Assembly: GCA_964035575.1 (NCBI GenBank)
Contig: OZ037846.1
Span: 1,488,001 to 1,552,000 of the forward strand
Reading direction: 5' to 3'
DNA: 64,000 nucleotides
From: Rhynchopus sp. YZ270_cl-10
Lineage: Eukaryota
Below, piece after piece: positions 10,836 through 20,512 of the stretch (position 1 is the stretch's first letter; each line of letters starts with the position of its first letter). A model generated the notes under the pieces. It saw only the letters and a list, made by a program, of their open reading frames with translations. It did no database searches and was not told the origin of the DNA. The position numbers were made by a program, and so were the translations under genes.

Positions 10836-12584
10836 ATGATGATGCGGTGGGTGAGCGCGGCGCTGTCCATAGACTCAACGTTGGAGAAGAAGGAGGTCAC
10901 ACGGAGACGTCAGTTTCTGTGGATCAGTCTGGCAACGTTGGTTGTCCTGGTGGTGTTTCTCGTCTCTACGCACTCCTCGGTGTCCTTCATGTTCATATTC
11001 CATGTTTGTTCCACGTTGTTCCCCCTTGCCGGCATTGTGGTGATCCTTCTTCAACGCAAGCTTTCCTTTGCCTTCATTATCGGCAGCTGTGTAGGATACT
11101 TTGTTGTAACCGTCATAAGCGACATCAACGCGCGCACTGTAGGCCATACGTGGTATCCGGCACTCATCTTGATTCTCGACGTGCTCTTGGTCATGCAGGT
11201 ACCCTCGCAGTACACCGCTGGCTTCGTCGTTGCGGCCTGCCTCTGGATAACCCTGGTTGCGCTCGAAACTGGCTTCCGTTTTGGGCTCCTAGATATACCT
11301 GGCTTCACAACACAGAAGGAACGGTGGTCACATCATGCAAGGTTGGGATCCTGCGCGGAGTTGCCCTGTGTTGATGAGGATGCATTCTCGCGTTGGGTGG
11401 TTGCCCTCGGGGTCTTTATGGTGGATTTTATCACGACCAGAGGCTTTGCGGCGGAGGTGCTGAAGGAGCAGGCATCCATGGAGCGGACGATCAACGCTGT
11501 GCAAGAGATTGCGTCACTCCTGGCCGGCTACGACGTGGAGCAGGTGGCGGAGCTTCTTGAGGTGCATGCAGGCGAGTTGCCACCTGAAATGGCTGATGCG
11601 CTGCGGGCGCTGGAGGAGAACCTACGAGGCTACAAAGCGTACCTCCCGAAGACGTGCCTGCCGTTTGAAGGGAGCGACGTGGTGGAGTCAGAATGCTCTT
11701 CAGACTACTCGGTCGAGGTGGACTCGCCTAGAGAGCGGGACATCCCAAAGTTCCCGTCGTTCTGCGCACCTACCACTCTGTCATCTGTACGCGCCACGCT
11801 GCTGACACTGAACATGAAAGACACCTTGCTCCGACTAGACGAGAGCACCCTCTTCGCACAGCACTTCTCCACGATTCTTCTGAAAACGCTGCAGGCAGCA
11901 GACACACGCAGGGGCATGGTGGACGTCTTTATTGGCGACAGGATACACTGCTCCTTTAATGCTTCTAAGCGGTGCCTCGACCATGCAACCTCTGCACTGC
12001 ACATGGCATCCATTCTCATGGGTGATAAGGAAGACGTTGTCTCTCAGGTGAATATAGGTGTCGCAACTGGGAAGGTGCTGCGTGGTGACATGGGTTGTGA
12101 GGTGATGCGTCGGTTCAGCATGGTGGGGGAGCTGGTACGTGATGTGGGTGTGATGGAGCGGGCAGGGCGGATCCTTGGCTGTGATGTACTGTGCAACCGG
12201 CTGTGCTTCAGCGATGCGGAGTGCGAACACAACCTGCGCATGGTTCCTTGCAGGGTGGAGGTGGCACCAGGATGTGATCCGGAGATTGTGGCGGAGATGC
12301 TTATACGCACAGACCTACCCGACAATACAGCTAACGTAGGGGACGAATGGATGTACCAAATCGGCGGAAAGAAAGACTGGGACGACTACAACCAAGCTGC
12401 CCGCAAATTCCTCAGAGGTGAGGTGTCGCTCAAGCATCTGTCCACCCTAGCTCCTGACAAGGCCCGTACACTGGACATATCAGCCGTACCCTTGCAAGAA
12501 GGGGTGCTCTGTCCTGTTGAGGCCATAGGAGCGATGCACAGAGTGTCGTGTAGGATGCGTGCAGAAAATGTGGACAATTTGTGA
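10836..12584 (+). CDS. Multi-pass membrane protein with class III adenylate/guanylate cyclase-like domain (degenerate)
   Basis: About 6 hydrophobic helices, a coiled linker, then cyclase-like motifs GMVDVFIGDRIHCSFNA and NIGVATGKVLRGDMG..FSMVG. ATG at 10836 follows a polypyrimidine tract and AG. Confidence 0.75.
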   Translation: MMMRWVSAALSIDSTLEKKEVTRRRQFLWISLATLVVLVVFLVSTHSSVSFMFIFHVCSTLFPLAGIVVILLQRKLSFAFIIGSCVGYFVVTVISDINARTVGHTWYPALILILDVLLVMQVPSQYTAGFVVAACLWITLVALETGFRFGLLDIPGFTTQKERWSHHARLGSCAELPCVDEDAFSRWVVALGVFMVDFITTRGFAAEVLKEQASMERTINAVQEIASLLAGYDVEQVAELLEVHAGELPPEMADALRALEENLRGYKAYLPKTCLPFEGSDVVESECSSDYSVEVDSPRERDIPKFPSFCAPTTLSSVRATLLTLNMKDTLLRLDESTLFAQHFSTILLKTLQAADTRRGMVDVFIGDRIHCSFNASKRCLDHATSALHMASILMGDKEDVVSQVNIGVATGKVLRGDMGCEVMRRFSMVGELVRDVGVMERAGRILGCDVLCNRLCFSDAECEHNLRMVPCRVEVAPGCDPEIVAEMLIRTDLPDNTANVGDEWMYQIGGKKDWDDYNQAARKFLRGEVSLKHLSTLAPDKARTLDISAVPLQEGVLCPVEAIGAMHRVSCRMRAENVDNL

Positions 12585-13032
12585 ATTGGATGTTTTTGAA
12601 ATCGGAAATAATGGTGTGAAAAAGGGGGGGTAGGATTTGGCTCCTTTACAGGATGTCTTTTTGGGATGGAGTGGGAAAACGTTGTGAGAGCGCAGCGGAA
12701 ACGACAGATGGATTTTCCATGGATACACACTGGAGAAAGGAGTGCTGTTCACAGAAACTCGATAGGGCGATTGAGTGTTATCCAACAACAACCAAAACAA
12801 AAGAAAGTACAAAGAAGAAAAAATAAGAATTGCAGAAAGTAAGCAAAAGAGAAACGAAGCGATTTTTTTTTTCTTCGAAGATGAAAATCAAACTGTCTTT
12901 TTCAGAACGGAGCAGTTTCCCCCAAAAACGCTTCTCCACTTGCCACTCTCTTCCCTCCCTTTCCCCCGCACCCTACCCCTCCACACCCACTTCAACACCC
13001 ACAGACATTCCTTTCCCCCCCACTCTCACCAA

Positions 13033-15009
13033 ATGTCTTCCCCTTCCCCCTCCTCTCCCCCCCCTCACGGAGAAACCAGCTCCTTGCGTGAGGAGATACG
13101 CGCGGGTCTTGAGTCTGGGACGTATGAATGCTTGGTTTGTGTTGATCGGATTGGGAGCAGGGCACCTGTCTGGACATGCAGTACTTGCCACTGTGTGTTT
13201 CATTTGGATTGCGCGAAGGATTGGGTGCGGCAGAGCACGACGTCCACCGGGGAGTGGCGATGCCCACAATGCCAAGCAGCACAGCGCACCGACGTTGCTC
13301 TTGAGTACCGATGCTTCTGCGGGGCGCAGGCAGCACCCGACACACCCGCCTACGCCACACCACACACCTGCGGGGCAACCTGCAAAAAACTCCGTAAATC
13401 CACCCCCTGCCCACACCCCTGCACCGAGCCCTGCCACCCAGGCCCCTGCCCTCCATGCACACTACCCTCAGACGAAAAGGCATGCCACTGCGGGAAAACA
13501 TCCTTCGTGACCGGCTGTTCTGACACTGTGATGGAGAAAAGCTGTGGCGAGGTCTGCGGAAAGGGGCTTCCCTGTGGAAAGCATGTTTGTGAAAGGGAGT
13601 GTCATGCGGGGAAGTGCGCGCCGTGTGGTGGGCGGTATCCGCAGGGGTGTTTCTGTGGGAAAATTAAGTCGGAGGTGCGTGACTGCAAGCAGGCCCCGGA
13701 CGACACAGAGCAAACAGAGGGAACAGAACCGGCAATACCGTTGACATTTTCCTGTATGGAGTCATGTCCAAAGAAGCTGCTCTGCGGCGCACATCCTTGC
13801 CCGTTGCCGTGCCACTATGGGGAGTGCCCTGAATGTCATTTGCTCCCCGATGCTGTGTCTACCTGCGCGTGCGGAAAGGTAAGCTTAACAGAGCTTGCAA
13901 AAAAGCCAGCATACACACCACGCACATCGTGTACAGACCCACTACAGACCTGCGGATCCATCTGCGGAAAGGCGCTGGCATGCAACCAACGTTCTCATCG
14001 CTGTACTCTTCCATGCCATGACGGTCCATGCCCACCTTGCGCACAGCCGGTTATCGTAAAATGCCGTTGTGGAGGGAAATCTGCAAACCTAACCTGCGCA
14101 GATTCCTTGAAACCTGAGGGGACATCGGTACCTACGGTTGTGTTTAAAGCTGCGAAGGAGGACTTCGACATTTTTTCTGGGAAGAAAGGGAAGAAGAAGA
14201 AGACGGAGGCGCCTGCAAACGTTACACTACCATTCCGCTGTGCGGTGCGCTGCAGTGCTCAGAAGAGCTGTAAGAAGCACGTATGCCAGACTGTATGCTG
14301 TGCAGAGAAGGGGGGCATACATATCTGCGAGGCGCCGTGCAACAAACCGCTTGCCTGCGGTGGGCACCGCTGCCCACGAAGCTGCCACGCAGGACGTTGT
14401 CCAGACTGTCTCCAAGGCATATTCGATGAACTCAGTTGCCGCTGCGGAGGCACCGTCATCCTGCCCCCTATCCCCTGCGGTACGGAGCCCCCTGCCTGCC
14501 CGCTCCCATGCAGCATACCCCGTCCCTGCCGACACCCACCTCTCCACGGATGTCACTACGACCTGAACTGTCCCCCATGCACCGAGATGGTGACCAAACG
14601 CTGCGCCTCGCACAACAAGCCATGCGCCTGGATGTCCCCCTGCTATCTAACCGACGTCGTCTGCAAGGAGCCCTGCTACAAGAAAAGCTGCCGGCAAAAC
14701 GCGTCGCATTTCTGCGAAAGACAGTGCCACACAAAAGGATGCGGGCCATGTGAACAGCCTTGCGGCAAGCGGTTAGCATGCAACCACAGCTGCACGCAAC
14801 GGTGCCATACAGGGTCTTGTCCCCCCTGTGGTCCCTGCGCTGCAAAGGTTTTGGTGTTTTGTAAGTGCGGCATTGCGAGTGAAAGAGTGCTCAAGGCAGT
14901 TGCGCACACAGGGTACACAGCACGGTGTGGAGCAGAGTGCGCTGCCATGAGGGAACGGCTGCGGGTTGCTGATGCCCCTCCTGAGGGAGGGGAAGAGGGA
15001 GGGGAGTGA
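13033..15009 (+). CDS. NFX1: NF-X1-type zinc finger protein (RING plus multiple NF-X1 fingers), no R3H domain seen
   Basis: RING CLVC..WTCSTCHCVFHLDCAKDW..WRCPQC and repeated CGxHxCxxxCHxGxCxxC fingers. Start at ATG 13033. Confidence 0.88.
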   Translation: MSSPSPSSPPPHGETSSLREEIRAGLESGTYECLVCVDRIGSRAPVWTCSTCHCVFHLDCAKDWVRQSTTSTGEWRCPQCQAAQRTDVALEYRCFCGAQAAPDTPAYATPHTCGATCKKLRKSTPCPHPCTEPCHPGPCPPCTLPSDEKACHCGKTSFVTGCSDTVMEKSCGEVCGKGLPCGKHVCERECHAGKCAPCGGRYPQGCFCGKIKSEVRDCKQAPDDTEQTEGTEPAIPLTFSCMESCPKKLLCGAHPCPLPCHYGECPECHLLPDAVSTCACGKVSLTELAKKPAYTPRTSCTDPLQTCGSICGKALACNQRSHRCTLPCHDGPCPPCAQPVIVKCRCGGKSANLTCADSLKPEGTSVPTVVFKAAKEDFDIFSGKKGKKKKTEAPANVTLPFRCAVRCSAQKSCKKHVCQTVCCAEKGGIHICEAPCNKPLACGGHRCPRSCHAGRCPDCLQGIFDELSCRCGGTVILPPIPCGTEPPACPLPCSIPRPCRHPPLHGCHYDLNCPPCTEMVTKRCASHNKPCAWMSPCYLTDVVCKEPCYKKSCRQNASHFCERQCHTKGCGPCEQPCGKRLACNHSCTQRCHTGSCPPCGPCAAKVLVFCKCGIASERVLKAVAHTGYTARCGAECAAMRERLRVADAPPEGGEEGGE

Positions 15010-15888
15010 GAGAGAGAGACCTGGAGGTTTGTTGAAAGGACGGAGCGAGGCGGGGAAGGGGGAAAAGGAAAAGAAAAGAAAATAGAAGGGTTATTCAGAA
15101 ATGCTGTCTGTTGTGAACTAAGGTGGCCTCAGAGAGAAGATGCGATTGTCTCACAAAACTTTTATTCTTATTTTCTGCCAACATAAACCTGTGGTACACC
15201 TCCTTCTAGCCTTTTTGACCACCACTGTGTAGTCTGAACAGATTTTGCCTTGTACCATTTCATCTCCGGTCTTTCTTTTCACCTGACGTCGGAGAGAGGT
15301 GAACGGAGGATCTAGTCGACAGCACGGAGTCCGAGAGAAACAGGCAAGGTGACGGCTGCGTGTGGAACTCATACATAGGGTGGTGACTGCAGTTTTCATT
15401 TCTTTTCAATCATTTTCCCCCAAAAAAGAGAACAAACGAAAAAAAGATGTCAAAACCTTTTCAAGAAGTGGCATTTTTGCGCATTACAAGAATGAAGGCT
15501 TCATTGAAGCTCGACGTTGGTGGGTTATTCATCAATACCACAAGATGGCTTCGGGTAACAGTTGAGTGCCGTGCCTAAGTTAGACAGAAAAAAATGGTCC
15601 CAAAAACAATAGTGCATCAGAACAAATGAAAATGCCTCCCTCCCTCCCCCTCTCTCTTTTCTCCTATCCAATGAATTCTGTTCCTCAACTTATTTCACTC
15701 TTCCCCGCAAAGGAGTACGTAGGTCCTACAACGTGTGTGTGTCTGAAGAAGTGTCAGGGATACGTACACGCAGCGCACCAGGTGCTCCCAAACGAACCGG
15801 AACAACTCAGTTTTGTTAAAGGGTCGTTTGTTAGCCCTTAATTTGGAGAGAAAAAACACACCACCCACCAGCATACTAAATAAAAACC

Positions 15889-17253
15889 ATGTCGAAGCGA
15901 CACGTGGATGTGGACACTACATTGGACGAGAACCCACCAAAGAGAAGAAAGCGTTCTGCAGACGAGGTCTTGGTGGAGGCTGCCAAGAAGGGGGACACGA
16001 CTGCTGTGCGGACGCGACTTGAGAAGCTCAGAACAGACACAGACAACGACGGGAACACATGTCTTATCCTTGCGGCCTATTCTGGGTACACCGAGACTGT
16101 GCGCTATCTTGTGGGCTTGCCGCAGGTGGACCTGAGTCACAAGAATAATCACGGAAACACTGCGTTGCACTACGCAGCTGATCAAAATGATGTAGATGTG
16201 GTGAAGGTGCTCATTGATGCAGGGGCAGATATCGAAACCAAGGATGACATGGGAGGTACGCCTCTTCATGTGGCTTGCATTTTAGGAGCACTCGACGTTG
16301 TGAAGCTGTTGGTGACAGCAGGTGCGAGTGGGGCAGATATCGAAGCAAAGGACGACGCGGGACGTTCGCCTCTTCACGTGGCTTGCCATTTAGGAGCATT
16401 CGACGTGGTGGAGTTATTGGTAAAAGCAGGTGCAGGAGTGAGTGTTACAGACAACAAAGGACGCACGTGTCTTATTTGTGCATCAGAGCATGGACGCACT
16501 GAGACTGTGCGCTATCTTGTGGGCTTGCCAGAGGTGGACGTGAGTCACAAGGATAATGACGGCTGCACTGCGTTGCACTGCGCAGCTGATCAAAAGCATA
16601 CAGATGTGGTGGAGGTGCTCATTGATGCAGGGGCTGATATCGACATGAAGGATAACATGGGACGTTCGCCTCTGCACTGGACTTGCCGTTTAGGAGCACT
16701 CGACGTTATGAAGTTGTTGGTGAAAGCAGGTGCGGGGGTGGGTGTGACGGACAACGACGGAAACACATGTCTTATCCTTGCGGCCTATTCTGGGTACACC
16801 GAGACTGTGCGCTATCTTGTGGGAATGCCACAGGTGGACGTGAATGACTCAAGTAACAGGGGCTTCACTTCACTGCACCGCGCAGTGTTACGGAAGCACT
16901 CAGATGTGGTGGAGGTGCTCATTGACGCTGGGGCAGACGTCAAAGCAAAGGACAGCAAGGGACGTTCGCCTCTTCACTGTGCTTGTACGGTGGAATATCC
17001 TGAAAATGTGCAGATGTTGGTCGAAGCAGGTGCGGACGTGTGTGAGGTGGATGACAAGAGTGACAGATGCCTCAGCGTTGCGGCTCGTCATGGACACACC
17101 GAGACTGTGCGCTATCCTGTGGGCTTGCCAGAGGTGGACGTGAATCACAGAAATTTGTTGGGCCACACTGCATTGGACCGTGCGAGGAAGAAGCAACATG
17201 CAGATGTGGTGCAGGTTCTCCTCGAGCACGGTGGGGAAGTCTTTGCGCAATAA
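15889..17253 (+). CDS. Ankyrin-repeat protein, copy 1 (N-terminal domain internally deleted)
   Basis: 454-aa ORF with ANK consensus GxTPLHxA..G..xVVxxLxxxGA. NLS-like PPKRRKR. Confidence 0.9.
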   Translation: MSKRHVDVDTTLDENPPKRRKRSADEVLVEAAKKGDTTAVRTRLEKLRTDTDNDGNTCLILAAYSGYTETVRYLVGLPQVDLSHKNNHGNTALHYAADQNDVDVVKVLIDAGADIETKDDMGGTPLHVACILGALDVVKLLVTAGASGADIEAKDDAGRSPLHVACHLGAFDVVELLVKAGAGVSVTDNKGRTCLICASEHGRTETVRYLVGLPEVDVSHKDNDGCTALHCAADQKHTDVVEVLIDAGADIDMKDNMGRSPLHWTCRLGALDVMKLLVKAGAGVGVTDNDGNTCLILAAYSGYTETVRYLVGMPQVDVNDSSNRGFTSLHRAVLRKHSDVVEVLIDAGADVKAKDSKGRSPLHCACTVEYPENVQMLVEAGADVCEVDDKSDRCLSVAARHGHTETVRYPVGLPEVDVNHRNLLGHTALDRARKKQHADVVQVLLEHGGEVFAQ

Positions 17254-17563
17254 GGTACATTGTGCGTGTCTGTTTTCGGCAACTGAAAACACTCCCACTG
17301 AGGTTACACCTTGTGGGATCGGCAGTGCGAGAAGTCACTTTGAGAGAAGACGTTCTTTCTATTTGGGTGTTGCGTTGGGGTAGGTGGCGGGTAAGCATCA
17401 AATGGATTGCCCCCTTTTTGTAAGCCATAACGCTGTGCTTGCTAGGGAATAGTACAATTCGAAACAGCGCTTTTTCGGATTGAATGATCGAATTGTGTGC
17501 TCGCAGCCTTCTTAGTGCGCAGACCTCCGCTGAACATGACAAGGCAGCCCACTCGGTAGGGTC

Positions 17564-17745
17564 AAATTTTGAGAAATATGAGCCCGGTCACTTATACGTG
17601 GGGCCCATTTTGCGGCTAAAATTTTCCTCAAAATCTGGTTTTGTAAAATTGACCCTTTACTCCACCCCTACATTGATTTCAATACTATACCTTACTTCCC
17701 CTTCGGTTGCCCTTACAGGGGGGGTGAAGGAAGCTTGTTGAAAAA
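17564..17745 (-). repeat. Family X repeat, partial
   Basis: Reverse complement of 1-150 plus terminal cttacagggg..gaaggaag..ttgaaaa. Confidence 0.65.
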
Positions 17746-18550
17746 GAAAATAATGCAGCATGAGGCACACTGGGTAATATGGTGCGACGCACGGTTTCAT
17801 ATGCCCCTGTGACCCCACCGTGAGCAGCAATCGGCTCGATTAGTCTAAGAATACAGAAAAAGGAGGAGAAAAAAAGGACGTAGCGTACCGTGCGCCTGCG
17901 GCGCTGAATTATTTTACACTAGTGCACAATCAACTGGCGTCCCAAGGTTTTGTGCGACTCTTCAAAGTTTCTGCACCCAACAAACACCATCTCATCACCG
18001 TCTCAGCTTCCTTCACAAGCAAAAGAAAATAGGGCAAAAGTAGCGTACCATGCGCCTGCGGCGCTCTTACTGTCTTCATTAAAACAAAAGCATATTGGCA
18101 AAACTGTGAATAGTGCAATTTTATTTCGCCTGCGGCGCCCACCTCCTTCCCCTCTCCTCGTGGGTGCAGGGAGTCGCGACGGCTCCGCCAAAGCGGGGGG
18201 ACCAAATTTTGAGACCAAAAACCAAGCGGAAGCCCTGCTTACTAAGTTAGACAGAAAAAATGGTCCCAAAAACAATAGTGCATCAGAACAAATGAAAATG
18301 CCTCCCTCCCTCCCCCTCTCTCTTTTCTCCTATCCAATGAATTCTGTTCCTCAACTTATTTCACTCTTCCCCACAAAGGAGTACGTAGGCCCTTCAACGT
18401 GTGTGTCTGAAGAAGTGTCAGGGATACGTACACGCAGCGCACCAGGTGCTCCAAACGAACCGGAACAACTCAGTTTTGTTAAAGGGTCGTTTGTTAGCCC
18501 TCAATTTGGAGAGAAAAACACACCACCCACCAGCATACTAAATAAAAACC

Positions 18551-19912
18551 ATGTCGAAGCGACACGTGGATGTGGACACTACATTGGACGAGAACCCACC
18601 AAAGAGAAGAAAGCTTTCTGCAGACGAGGTCTTGGTGGAGGCTGCCAAGAAGGGGGACACGACTGCTGTGCGGGCGGGACTTGAGAAGCTCCGAAGAGTG
18701 GTCTTGGATGCTGTGCACGAGGCATGCAGAGGGAACCACGATGAATGCCTTGCACCGCTTCTTCCGTATGTTGAGACAACGCAGATGGGGTTCGGGAACT
18801 TGCTGAGTGAGTGCGTGCACGCAGACCACGTTGCGTGCACGGAGGTCCTCTTGCAGCATTGGAAGTCAGTCTGCAGCAACGTGGCGATGGTCCCACACGG
18901 GCAGGAGGCAAACATCCAAGGTAATGCACCTCGTGCCTGTCCAGCCATGTGGGCGGACCCTGCAGTGTGTCAGGTGCTCATTGATGCAGGGGCTGACATC
19001 GAAACAAAGGACGACACGGGACGTTCGCCTCTGCACTGGGCTTGCCGTTCAGGAGCACTTGCAGTTGTGAAGCTGTTGGTGAAAGCAGGTGCGGGGGTGC
19101 GTGTCACAGACAACAAAGGTTACACATGTCTTATTCGTGCATCATACCATGGACACACCGAAACTGTGCGCTATCTTGTGGGCTTGCCACAGGTGGACTT
19201 GAGTAACAAGAATAATCACGGCTGCACTGCGTTGCACTGCGCAGCTGATCAAAAGCATGCAGATGTGGTGGAGGTGCTCATTGATGCAGGGGCTGATATC
19301 GACATGAAGGATAACATGGGAGGTACGCCTCTGCACTGGACTTGCCGTTTAGGAGCACTCGACGTTATGAAGTTATTGGTGAAAGCAGGTGCGGGGGTGG
19401 GTGTGACGGACAACGACGGAAACACATGTCTTATCCTTGCGGCCTATTCTGGGTACACCGAGACTGTGCGCTATCTTGTGGGCTTGCCGCAGGTGGACGT
19501 GAATAACTCAAGTAACAGGGGCTTCACTTCACTGCACCGCGCAGTGTTACGGAAGCACTCAGATGTGGTGAAGGTGCTCATTGATGCAGGCGCAGACGTC
19601 GAGGCAATGAACAGCAAGGGACGTACGCCTCTTCGCTGTGCTTGTACGGTGGAGCATCCTGAAAATGTGCAGATGTTGGTCGAAGCAGGTGCGGACGTGT
19701 GTGCGGTGGATGACAATAGTGACAGATGCCTCAGCGTTGCGGCTCGTTATGGACACACCGAGACTGTGCGCTATCTTGTGGGCTTGCCAGAGGTGGACGT
19801 GAACCACAGAAATTTGTTGGGCCACACTGCATTGGACTGTGCCGGGCAGAAACAACATGCAGATGTGGTGCAGGTTCTCCTCGAGCACCGTGGGGAAGTC
19901 TTTGCGCAATAA
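18551..19912 (+). CDS. Ankyrin-repeat protein, copy 2 (3 modules)
   Basis: 453-aa ORF with 300-bp periodic ANK modules. Confidence 0.9.
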   Translation: MSKRHVDVDTTLDENPPKRRKLSADEVLVEAAKKGDTTAVRAGLEKLRRVVLDAVHEACRGNHDECLAPLLPYVETTQMGFGNLLSECVHADHVACTEVLLQHWKSVCSNVAMVPHGQEANIQGNAPRACPAMWADPAVCQVLIDAGADIETKDDTGRSPLHWACRSGALAVVKLLVKAGAGVRVTDNKGYTCLIRASYHGHTETVRYLVGLPQVDLSNKNNHGCTALHCAADQKHADVVEVLIDAGADIDMKDNMGGTPLHWTCRLGALDVMKLLVKAGAGVGVTDNDGNTCLILAAYSGYTETVRYLVGLPQVDVNNSSNRGFTSLHRAVLRKHSDVVKVLIDAGADVEAMNSKGRTPLRCACTVEHPENVQMLVEAGADVCAVDDNSDRCLSVAARYGHTETVRYLVGLPEVDVNHRNLLGHTALDCAGQKQHADVVQVLLEHRGEVFAQ

Positions 19913-20223
19913 GGTACATTGTGCGTGTCTGTTTTCGGCAACACTCCCACTGAGGTTACACCTTGTGGGATCGGCATTGTGAGAAGTCCTTCGACAGAAT
20001 TTGAGAGGAGACGTTCTTTCTATTTGGGTGTTGCGTTGGGAAAGGTGTCGGGTAAGCATCAAATGGATTGCCCCCTTTCTGCAAGCCATAACGCTGTGCT
20101 TGCTAGGGAATAGTACAATTCCCAAGAGCGCTTTTTCGGATTGAATTATCGAATTGTGTGCTCGCAGCCTTCTTAGTGCGCAGACCTCCGGCGAACATGA
20201 CAAGGCAGCCCACTCGGCAGGTT

Positions 20224-20405
20224 AAATTTTGAGAAATATGAGCCCGGTCACAGATAAGTGGGGCCCATTTTGCGCTAAAATTTTCCTCAAAATCTGGTTT
20301 TGTAAAATTGACCCTTTACTCCACCCCCACATCGATTTCAATACTATACCTTACTTCACCTTCGGTTGCCCTTACAGGGGGGGTGAAGGAAGGTTGTTGA
20401 AAAAG
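20224..20405 (-). repeat. Family X repeat, partial (co-duplicated with ankyrin gene)
   Basis: Near-identical to 17564-17745. Confidence 0.65.
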
Positions 20406-20512
20406 AAAATAATGCAGCACGAGGCACACTGGGTAGTAAGGTGCGACGCACGGTTTCATATGCACCTGTGACCCCAGCAATCGGCTCGATTAGTCCAAAG
20501 AAACAGAAAAAG

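Noticed and set aside
17950..18684. 244-aa ORF upstream of copy 2 and similar ORFs at 23986, 33596 and 43265
   Set aside because: Frame and length are not conserved between paralogous regions, and they span repeat-derived and polypyrimidine DNA.
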